Below, piece after piece: positions 11,644-23,837 of a stretch of DNA of 64,000 bases. The stretch comes from Lingula anatina. Lineage: Eukaryota; Animalia; Brachiopoda. Location: assembly GCA_051362555.1 (NCBI GenBank), contig CM120641.1, positions 26,604,401 to 26,668,400 of the forward strand, in the 5' to 3' direction. The notes under the pieces were generated by a model. It worked only from the letters and a program-made list of their open reading frames with translations, was not told the origin of the DNA and searched no databases. A program made the translations under genes and the position numbers. Every line of letters begins with the position of its first letter. The stretch's first letter is position 1.

Positions 11644-14600
11644 AATTAGGTATCATTTGTGAAAGAGGATCAGCAAACCTAATTTACCTTGCTAGCTTTC
11701 ATTGTATGGCCACTGAGTTGCATGTGTCAAAAATTTATGTAAATGTTCAACTGCATTTTGATTTCTGCAGTTAACTGTAGGCAAAATGTTAGATTCCTTT
11801 TGATGTGTTATAAACTTCCATTCCTGTTTAGAGAAGTACTTTTTAGGTTTTATATTTTATTTCCTGTCAGTGAAAGTGAGATGCACATCTGGTTACTGAA
11901 GCTGAAACAGTGATGCAAATATCTGTGCAGAACTGGTGTTCATAAATAAGGCACAGGTTTTCATGAAGATTGATATATTTCTTTCTAATCTTCAATATAT
12001 CTTGCTAATCTTACCAAGGTCCTACCAGCTCAGCTGGAGATTACCTGCAGGTATTACTACCTACCTCTGCCAAGGAGATAATGTTTTCACCTCTGTCTGT
12101 CTGTTTGTCTGTATGTTCGTCACCAGCCTTTCTCAGAAAGTTATGAATGGTTGTCATGACATTTAGGCCATGTCATTTTTATGTACAGACACAGATGTGT
12201 CTGTACATATTGCCATCACCTGCGTCTGTCGTCGCCGTCGCCGATGGCGATGGCGATGGCGATGCCGGCGCCGTGCACTTTCATTGTAAACACGATAAGT
12301 GGAGGGCAGTTTTACTTTTTGGCTTTATATTTACAGAGCTGATGAATATTCATAAAACGCAGGTCAAGTTCGAAAATCAGCATGATCGGGCCATTATTGT
12401 AGAAGTTATGCTGTTTTTTCACTTTTCAGCATATTTTTCACATTTCCTCAGATTCAATTCTTAGGCATGTTAACAGTCTCATTATTAAACTAATAAGATA
12501 CGTAAAAGTGTTTGTTTGACATTTCCTGCATCTTTACAACATTGTTAGTTGATTTTGTAAAAATGATGGTAAACTTGTTATCGTGTATTGTGTAATAAAG
12601 TTTCAAAAATGGAAATAAACTCATATCATTGCAGTTTGTCAGATTCAATCATTCATTATGTTCAGAATCTCAGAATGGAAGAAATTGGACATTTAACACT
12701 GCTCTGTTGATATTTTTCCCATCTCATCAATTTTCTTAGTTGATAATATAAAAATGGCAGTAAACTGTTAATTTTGTTTTATGTTAAAAATTGTTAAAAA
12801 TAAAAAAAAAAAACATTTCAGAACAGTGCTGTCTTGTTTACATTTTGGCATTTTCAAGTTGTGACTTTGAAGTTCCATGGGCCTGAAGACCTTTGCTAGT
12901 CACATTTTCTGAATATCCATGATACTAATATTTTATTCTTAAAAATTGATGGTCATCATGCTGTTAAACATTATGTAATATTGCATCAAAATTTGAAAAA
13001 AACCTATTTTGGGCACTGCTCCCATGATGACCATTTAAGAAAAACCATGTTCCCAAACAGTACAGTAAATATATATAGATGTGTCTGTACATATTGCCAT
13101 CACCTGCGACTGTCGTCGCCGTCGCCGTCGTTGCCGTGCACTTTCCTTGTAAACACGATAAGTGGAAGGCAGTTTTACTTTTTGGCTTTATATTTACAGA
13201 GCTGATGAATATTCATAAAATGCAGGTCAAATTCGAAAATCAGCATGATCGGGCCATTATTGTAGAAGTTATGCTGTTTTTTCACTTTTCAGCATATATG
13301 CAACACTGTAAACACATTTCAACAAAAACCGATAGGCCTGTTGTCATGAAACTCACAGGAAAAATTGATCTTACTAAAACGCAGGTCAAGTTCGAAAATT
13401 GGCATGATCGGGCCACTATTTTAGTAGTTATGCTTTTTTTTTCTTTTTTCAGCATATATGCAACACTGTAAACACAATATAAGAAAAACAGATAGGCCAA
13501 TTGTCATGAAAGTCACAGGAGTGGTCAATTTTACTAAAATGCAGGTTGAGTACGTAAATCAGCATAATCGTGCCATTATTTTAGAAGGTGTGCTGTTTTT
13601 TTACATTTCCTCAGATTCAATTCTTAGGCATGTTAACAGTCTCATTATTAAACTAATAAGATACGTAAAAGTGATTGTTTGACATTTCCTGCATCTTTAC
13701 AACATTGTTAGTTGATTATGTAAAAATGATGGTAAACTTTTTATCGTGTATTGTGTAATAAAGTGTCAAAAATGGAAATAAACTCATATCATTGCAGTTT
13801 GTCAGATTCAATCATCCACTATGTTCAGAATCTCAGAATGGAGGAAATTGGACATTTAACACTGTTATATTGATATTTTTCCAATCTCATCAATTTTCTT
13901 AGTTGATCATATAAAAATGGCAGTAAACTGTTCATTTTGTTTTATGTTAAAAATTGTTAAAAATGGAAATAAACCCATTTCAGAACAGTGCTGTCTTCTT
14001 TACATTTTGGCATTTTCAAGTTGTGGCTTTGAAGTTCCATGGGCCTGAAGACCTTTGCTAGTCACATTTTCTGAATATCCATGATACTAATATTTTATTC
14101 TTAAAAATTGATGGTCATTATGCTGTTAAACATTATGTAATATTGCGTCAAAATTTGAAAAAAACCTATTTTGGGCACTGCTCCCATGATGACCATTTAA
14201 GAAAAACCATGTCACTTACTGTTCTCAAACAGTACAGTAAATATGTACAGATGTACCTTGCACTTTTATTGTAAACACGATAAGTGGAAGGCAGTTTTAC
14301 TTTTGGGCTTTATATTTAAAGAGCTGATGAATATTCATAAAACCCAGGTCAAGTTCAAAAAACAGGATGATCGGGCCATTATTGTAGAAGTTATGCTTTT
14401 TTCTTTCACTTTTCAACATATATGCAACACTGTAAACACATTTCAAGGAAAACCGATAGGCCTGTTGTCGTGAAACTCTCAGGAGTAATCGATCTTACTA
14501 AAACGGAGGTCAAGTTCGAAAATCGGCATGCAGCCTGAGTTGGAAAAGCAGTCTAATTGGCTTCTTTTTCTGGAAGTTATACATTTTCAAAGTGTGAACT

Positions 14601-17600
14601 TGAACTCTCATGGGCCTGAAGCCTTATGCTTGTTACACATTTTACTTTCATTGGTATTTCCTGTTGAGCATAATTAAAAATTGATGTTGAATTTACAGTT
14701 TAACATAATGTACTTTTGCATCAGAATTGACAGTAGCCTATTTTGTGCATAGTTATTTCCTGCTTTTTGTCTGTACATTTGACAGCTTTGCTGCCTTGTT
14801 TTATTTTCTTGGTTATTGATTCTCAGATTTTTGACAAGATTATTTTTGACAAAGAGATGTATTAATCCTCCTTTCTCAGTGTTTGTATGCATAATTGTTT
14901 GGGATTAGACATTTGATAGTGTGGACCTGTCTGTAATATTAAATGTAACATTAGAGGCATTGGTCGTGAATATAAGCATAAAGGAAAATGGATATTTGAA
15001 GATAAATGAGAGAGATATCAGTTATGTCAATTATCTTCACAATGCATGCTATAGATCAGGTGGCAATGCTAGCCATACAAATTATTGTGAAAAAAAAGAG
15101 AAGTTATGAAAGCTATTACTTGTAATCTTTTGCTGTCTACATCTAATTGTGGCATAACGAGAATGTTTTTTTAGACAATTGACTCAATACCTCTCTGCAA
15201 TTGACTTAAACTCTCCTTCTCACATAGACAGTGATGCACGCTTGCGTGCATTGACTTAACTGCCTATCAGCATTGATTTTCGAAGAATTGTTTTGTTTTA
15301 GGCTATTTTTAGGTAGTACTCTTTTGTATTTTTCAATATTTATTTTTGAGAGATGAGAAAAAAATGTTCATCAATGAGAGGCAGAAATTTGCTTTTTAAA
15401 AATACAAGATTTTTTTATGTAATTCCTTTCTTCAAGAAATTTCTCCTGGATAATTTACTTTCGGGAGGTAGCAGTCATACATTTTATCTGAAGTCAGGTT
15501 GTTTGCAGCAAAATTGATTTCCTCTCAGATGCTATCAGCATTGGAAGAAAATTAAGAAATGAAAATGGCTGCCAAGAGGAACATGATGCGTTTCATTGCC
15601 GCGTGCTTGTTCAGATGAGATGCATTTCTCTCTTTCATGATTTGGTAAAGTTCACGCAAATGTGTTTATGAAGAAATAGCTTACTATTAGTAGTATACAA
15701 ACAGCCATTGCCCTTTTATGCCTTAACTTTATATCTTGTTATTAGTTCCTTTATGAGGAACATATCCTAAGATGTCTTCAGAAGTAATGAAAACAACTAA
15801 TGTACCAGGGAAAAATGGTTCTCAGAAGTTTTTGTGAAATGAAAAATATGTCAGCAGGATTGCCAGCATCGGGGTAATATTGAACCCCAACTGGAAAAAA
15901 TAATGGTAATATTGGTAATGGTAAAATTGTGAGTCACTATATTAGAAAACAAGGTCCATTTTTCATTTACCAGAGACCCCCCCCCCAAAAAAAAAAAAAA
16001 AAAAAATGTGCTAAAGAAAGAACTGATTGGGTTTCAGAAGAAAATTCTACTTTTTGCCCCATGTTACGCCTTAAGTGTGATTGGCAGATCACTTATCAGA
16101 TGATAAAACAACTGAAAAAGATAAATCAGTATAATTGCCTTTTTGCATCAAAAGGATTTTTTCTTGCGTATCTTGGTAATTTGCCATGCATCGTGCACAC
16201 AGAATATTAGCATAACAAAAGTATGCCATTAGGTCTTGAATATTTCATAATTAAGAGACATAACAACTAAGCATTATTCATACAACATACATGCATAAAC
16301 TGTGCATCATAAATTTGCATGTGTATATTAATCCCCATAGGCCAGCTTAAAAGGAATTCCGTGTTCTTATTATCAGAAGATGGCAATTTTATCTATTATC
16401 TCAATACATTTAGAGCTAAGAAACACAATAAATACATTATTTGGAATCTTTGTGTAGGGGTAATACAATGCCACACTCCAAGCTACTAAGTCTAGTCCCT
16501 CAGTTAGGTGAGGGACTAGACTTAGTAGCTTGGAGTCTAGTCCCTCACTTAAGTGAAAAATCAAGTGTCTTCTTCCGTCTTTAAAAAAAGCTTATGGTTA
16601 TAAAGTACCAAAACCAATGTTTTATTAATTTGAATTAACAGATGTGATTTCATAGAAAGAAAATTTTGTTGGTTATTATTATCAATTATCTATTCGTAAG
16701 TGAGGATGTGAAATGTTTTTATTAATAACTAGACTAGAGGATCGATTATTTGAATTCTACAAGCTGAAGGTCAAGTGAGCTTTCTGAAAGTCTGTACATT
16801 GAGACGTGTGTTGCAACTTGTGTATGCATTTGACACATCAATGATTGATTAGTGTACTCAAATCGCAAGGATATTCAGCTAATTATCCCTATCCTGAAAT
16901 ACCTGCCAACAGTTCCTGTGCTCAGAAACCACAGACATGTCTTTATATCCCCATGCAGCTTCTAAAACTCCCCAAGAAAGCAAAACCATTTGCATCATCA
17001 TATTGAATTGATTCCAGTACCTGCATCATGGAAGTTTTTTAATCCAATGTCTTGGGTACCTTTACACTGACAGCTGGAGATAGAAGAGTTAGAAAAAAAG
17101 TTTAGAACTTGAACTTAATTCTGGGAGAATATTAGACTGGGTTCCCATACCTAGATCGATCTAACAGCATCAGTCCATCTCCAAGGGGGTTTCTTGCTAA
17201 ATTGGTTTCAGCTTGAGCAGCTTAGATGTCTGGCATGGTTACTAAAATTGCTAAACGATAATTAATTACCTCCTAGCAGCTTCAGTAGGCATGACAGACA
17301 TCTAAGCTGCTTAAGTTTATTGCAATTTAACGAGAATACCCCAGGAGATAGTTCGATCCAAAGTTAGTACGATAGGGTATGGGAATGGTCCCTTAGTATA
17401 TGGGTTCATCCAAATATTGTAAGGCTTCGTTCACATGCAATGTCTATTTTCTAAATTCTATTTTTTATTTGCGGTATGTCTTATGATCACTATCTGTGCC
17501 CTGAATATCCCGCGGCGTAATTACTGGCAGCGCGAGCCAGTTACTATAAGTTACTATAAGTAACTGGCTCGCGCTGCCAGTAATTATGCCGCGGGATATT

Positions 17601-20600
17601 CAGGGCACAGACTGTGATCATAAGATAGCGCGAATAGAAAATAGAATTTAGAAAATAGACATTGCATGTGAACGAAGCCTAAGTCATGTATGCAGACTTG
17701 GTATATATCAGATGTTTGTTTAACCCAAGCAACCTTTAATGATTATTCCATGAGGTGTGGTTAAGATTTCTCTCTGTATGTTTATACATAGATGTATAAA
17801 ATTCCTTATATTGTGATTGCTTCACATTTTATTTTATTCAAAAATATTCAACAGAGGAAATTGTTTTCTTCCTTTCAATTAAGCAAATTACAGTAAGCTA
17901 TGCCATAAGTTTTTTTTTTTTTTTTTGTTTTTTCTTTTTTTGAGGTGTTCAATTTAGTCTACCCATTTCAATGCACAGACAGATGTCCATTTATGCAGTA
18001 GTTATTGTACTATTTGAACTTTGGATAACATTCACAGATCGTATATGTACATCCATACTGTTACATAATTACCTTTAAGGCCTTGAACTTAACAAGATTA
18101 CATACCATCGCTTTTGTAATTGATTGTTGACATTCTCCTTAGTTTCAGCCAAATCACCTGAAGCTTTAATTATTGATGATAAGAGGGTTGGAATTATGTC
18201 CCCATTGTGTTAAACAAGTGACTTTACACATTTGATTCGTTAAGTTAAAAGGGAGTGGAAACTGACTTGCGACTACTTAGTGAATCAATGTTCATATGCA
18301 AAAATTTAAATGACATATCAAGGTTATGGTCCTTTTAACATCTTGCTGAACACTTTTTTAAAACCATTCTAAACAGGACTACCGTATGTTGAAGGGGACA
18401 CAGACTGACCACTACAGATGCATTAAAGATTGTGAAACTCAGACCCCCCCCCCCTCCTCAGTTCCGTCCAAGGGCCTGTTGTTGTGGTGGTGCATCACCA
18501 GATTACCCAGATCCCGCCGTTTATTAAATTATAATTAAAGCTAGATCATCTTTTATGACCATTATCTATAAGGTCTCTTTGTTGTTATGTTAATTTATTT
18601 AATTTGTTTTATGTTGACTTCTTTTCAATGTTAGACTGGGTTCCCATACATACTAGTAGATCGATCCATCTGGATTGATCTAACTCCCTGGGGAGTCTCA
18701 CTGAATTATCATCTTATTGGCTTAAATGTCTGTCACGCCTACCAAATCAGCTAGGGGGTAAAGATAATTACACCCTAACAGCTTTGTTAGGCGTGACAGA
18801 CATTTAAGCCAGAAAAGTTGACAGCAATTTAGTGAGACTCCCCAGGGAGATAGATCGATCCAAATGTCTGTGGGAATGGTCGCTTAGTCAGAGCTGGCAG
18901 TGCTTTTGTAGATGTAGACTTGGGCCAGTTACCAGGGTAGGGTTTGCTGGGTTTACAGCATCAGATATCTTGGGGCCCATTCAGAATAGGGGACTAACTA
19001 GTCCGAGGATTAAATACAGCGTCCCACTGTTAAGCTTGCCGTCTAATCCACTAATAGACACTAAATACAGAATAGATCTATATCCTGAGGGGAAGTATTC
19101 AAGTGGGTTGGCCATATTTGACCCTTGGACTAGTTAGTCCCCTGTTCTGAATGGGGCCTCGGAGATAAAGGTATCTGTAGCTAGAGACAGTGGGAGAGAT
19201 GGTTTATAGAGCAACTAAACTGGATTGGTTTAGACTTGTTAATTTAGGCCCCATTCCCATATACACCATCAGTCCACATCGATCGATCCAACTCTACAGG
19301 GAATCTTGCTGAATGCAATCAGCTTAACTGAATGACATGCCATTTCCTGGCTTTGAGTAGAAAACAGAAAAGCCAGTGATTGTATGAGTATGTTAGAAAC
19401 CAGAGTTAAGCTGATAGCACTCAGTGAGAGTCCCTGCAGAGTTGGATCGATCTACATAGAGTGATGGTGTCTATGGGAATAGGGTTTTAGTCAGGGATAC
19501 ATATATATATGTATATGTATAGATTCTGTCTTGTGTAATGTATGTATTAGTGCATGTGACGGTACTCACTTAGTCATGAGTACAGCATGTGATAGCACCT
19601 CTTAAAGTCCTCTCTCAAAGGACAGCACATGGCTTCCACAGCTGATTGATCTCCAGTCCTTATAAGATACTGTGATCAATATGCGGCAGTTGGAGTTCAA
19701 CATGAGGTAATTGGAAATGTGCCCACCCATTCTGAGGTTAAGATAGCACAAAGGACGCGGTCCAACTCATGAGATTAACTCGATAAGAATTTTAATGGTT
19801 TATAATGTCTGATAAAAAAAAAAAGAAAGAAAGAAAGCGAGAATAAAAAATTGAGCATAAGTGTAAGTTGTAAATATAGAGTAAATGGATTTTATGATGG
19901 AAGTTTCAATACAAAATCTCAGCTGTTTAAGTAACAGTGTATTGAAATTTCTTTGACTGCTTGGTAGAGCACGTTTCCGCCAGTTTTCAATGTCCCTTTG
20001 AGATGAAGTATTGAATAGATCAAATAACATGTGTTGCTCGTGCCTAAAAACACACACACAATGCCCTTCGTTTGAGCATAGTGAATATTGGACCCCCAGA
20101 TCCCCACTTAAAACAGCAAAATGCTAAAGCTGGAATATAATCTATATTTTTACCTTTGTTTATTCTCCTTTTAATGGCAAAGTGCACCTTTTATTTACCG
20201 TGTGACATGTTCCAACACAGTAACACTGGTGTTTTGGTTTGATGGTAGAAATAGAAGCAACAGTTAAATATTGGTTTCGACGACCTTGAAAAAGCAGTGC
20301 AAGCATAGTTAGAGCTTTGTCAGGGATTTATTATTGGAGTCATATAGTTGGATTATTTGCGGTCATCTTTGCTTCAAGTTCAGGGTCATGTCGTTTCCTT
20401 TGTATAGTGTGATTTAATAAATCTTAATCTGTCTTTTTAGTGGGATTTGGTAAAAGTTGTCTGTCTTTCCATGTATATTGTCACTATCACGAAAAATAAA
20501 TTTGTACTTTCTTGAAAGCAATTCAACTGTCATATTATATTAAACCTTGCCTAAATACATAACAAGACAGTCACACATGTATCATCTTACCTTTGACATA

Positions 20601-23452
20601 GCATTGGTGGTCTCTTTTGTTATTTAGTACAAAGAGGATATAGGCAAGTGAAACAGAACTATAGGGATTTCTTCAATATAGTAGTACATTCTGTGCCCAG
20701 TGTTTAATATTATTATTTAGTTTGGTTGAACATAAATATTATCATATAAAGTTATTAATTTTTTTTCATTTTTGTTTTGTCATTTTATTAGTATTTTAAT
20801 GCCAACCATTAACTAGGCTCAGCGATTAGGAAATGAACCTTATTAGGGGTTTTTAAAAATCAATAAGGCAACTGTTAATATACAATTTACTTGGTATATT
20901 TGTATTTTGTATAGAACAAATTATGAACATTTTATATCAGACCATATGTTTCTAATTATATGTTTGATAACACATGTTGATGTTATTTTTATTTCTGTCT
21001 GCTGTCGGAACTGTGCAGAATTATTAATATATGTATAAAGATATTTAAAGCTCATTATATGAATCTAGACCAAAAAAAATTAAAGATCACAAACGTATAG
21101 AAAAAGTGTGGATAAATGTGTTCCTTTTTAGTCCTGTTTAAATAGGGAGCATGTACATTCCAAATTACTGCCTTGTCTCAATTAGATCAAATAGATAGGC
21201 ATTCGTAGCTAAACAACTTTTTTTGTTTGCGTGCATCTTTCATCCTTCTAAATTTAGTCCCTGTGCATCATCCACATATCTTGGTTATTTGCACAGGGGA
21301 TGGATGCTTAGGATTCGGTATTTGTCTTAGACACTTGTGGAAAGTGGAAAGAATGCCATAGCTGGTAATTACCTTGTATATCAGAATATGGCACCCTTCT
21401 TCTCATCCAAAGCAGCTTTGCCAGCAGATAGTTTGATGGAGAAACATACCTTATAGATAGCCCAGGAGGGAATGTGTATATTTGCACAACTTGCAGACAT
21501 TTTCACCTGCCTTGAACAATATTTCTCAGATGGCATTTATCATAATATCTGTGGCCGAAAAAAACTCACTCTTGGAATCTCATCCTGGGAATCCACAAAC
21601 AGACTGATAGAGGATAGTGAAACCTCAGCATGAATGAGTCGGAAGGAAGTCTCTCAGCAGTCATGTCAACTGGATACTATTTCAATGGTGCTTTTAGTCA
21701 TTTTTGATCATTAAAAAGAATATACGTGGAGGATAGAAAATTCCCTCGATCTCCTGAGAGTTTTGGGAGGAGAGAGCACGTGAGGTGGATTATCCTCGGG
21801 GGGAATTATTGGATGGAGCTAATTGTTTTGGGAATGTCTGTGCTGTTAGTGCTCATAGGGTATTTTCATCGAACATGCATCAGCAGCAGTGGCCTCGGCA
21901 GCTTTTTCCCTCTCTGATCTTTGCACTTATCAGTGAGAGTCTGGCACTACTGGCACTGGAGTACTGATCTCTGAAAACAGTGTGTTTGGACATTCATGGC
22001 TTCGTTGTATCGTACAAGCATGCGTTTTAATATCCAAAACAGCAAGACGTGAGGTTCTCTGGTTTGGTTTAATTGACCACATGAAAGACATGTCATCTTA
22101 TGCCATTCAAACCAGGTATCATTTGTCTATTAATGCTTTGGACAAGAGAATAATGTAAAGTCTGTATTTTCATTTTCTTCATGAGCAGTGAAGTAGCAGA
22201 AGCAATGAGCATGGAATATTTGAATGGAATGGTTTGAAGGCTACTTGTAATGTAGTACGATTGTTGCCATGAGTCTACAACCGAGCATTCTTGTAAGTTG
22301 TACTGGAATAATTTCTTTTTTCCTCTGTTTTGCAGGCTATGCACACTCAAACTGACAAGACTCATGGTGCTGAAACCCCTAGAACAAGACCTTACATCTA
22401 TTATCATAGCTGTCAAGATGCAGATAGGTAGCCAGGTAAGAAGATACATGGATGCTTACTTAATTACACCTGTACGCCTGCTCAAACTACGTGGAAATTC
22501 TACATCAAAGATTACCTGTTAACATAAGAGGTTGCTTTTTTTTTTTTTTTTTTTTTTGGGGGGGGGGATGTAGAGGGGGGTGAATATGCAGGTTTTTTGC
22601 TCTTTGAATGGGTTATATTTCCAAGTGGATTTGTAAGATTATGAGGTGTTTCTTTTCAGATAATAGCTACATAAAAAAAACAAGCGTTGGAGAATATTCC
22701 ACTGTTTACTCATCATAATCAATAAAGAACTGCAGGAAAAAATTGCAAATGTACTGTTGATCCTCGAGCATTTTTTGGTTCTTTGGTACTAGATGATTAG
22801 CTTCCCCTCAGTGAGCATATAATGTGGAGGCTTTTAGTAAGATTATTATCTGTTGTCTTGATATAATGAGATTGATTGTTTGAGAACAGATAACAAGTCA
22901 TCAGGAAGATGCACGATCTTATATTTCATGTATGTACTAAAAATTCAACGGATACACAGACAGCCATATCTCCTAATCTATATCACTGCTGTTTGGTTGT
23001 CAGCACCCTACACTGAAATGACTCCAGATTCTGGGCCTTCCACCGTCAGTAAATTATTTCATATCAAAAAAATAGTGATTGTGATCAAAAGTAGGTTAAC
23101 TTATTGATATTTATTACATGTATGGAATTTAAAAAAAAAATAGCCAGCTTTTTAATTGGTGAATGACCCCAGGTTCAGCTGGGCTTGGTGTTCTTTTCAA
23201 GGTATGTGAAGCAAAATAAAATGCGACTCTGGGAAAGTGACACATGGACTCTGCTACTTAAGTTGTGCCACACCGACATTAATGGTTATTTGATGTTGGT
23301 GCCATGTTCCTGTATTTGTCGCTGTTGCATTTTATTTCTCATTGCCATCCATAAAAACTATTTGTATTTTTGAGCCTCTCTTTCTCAAATTTTGGATTTT
23401 ATCCCCAGAATTTTTTATTACATCCTTCTCTGTAAGCTCCCCACCCCTTACA

Positions 23453-23502
<50 letters not shown>

Positions 23503-23786
23503 CTTAAGGAAAGGTTAGTTTGTGCAACTAAAAATACAAGGAAGCATGATGTTTCTAATGTAGGTAAAGAAATTGAGTGAATATTTTGTTGTCACATCTA
23601 CTATCTTTATCACAATGAGAAACTAATATCTGATAATTACTGATAATCTATACCATGAATTGTGTTTGTTTTAGGGTTCTAAGAGGACCCTGCGTACCAC
23701 TGAGATTGTGTTGCAGCCCAATGGTACTGTAGACACAGAACTAGATATTACCTTCATTTTACAGGTAAGTTTTGAATTTCTTGTGG

Positions 23787-23837
<51 letters not shown>

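Noticed and set aside
12147-14473. Repeated ORFs (CKHDKW...[13 protein letters not shown]) resembling a gene family
   Set aside because: They are translations of the tandem repeat, with frames broken differently in each unit.
12176-14530. CRISPR-like repeat array
   Set aside because: Eukaryotic intron, long units, no unique spacers and no cas genes.
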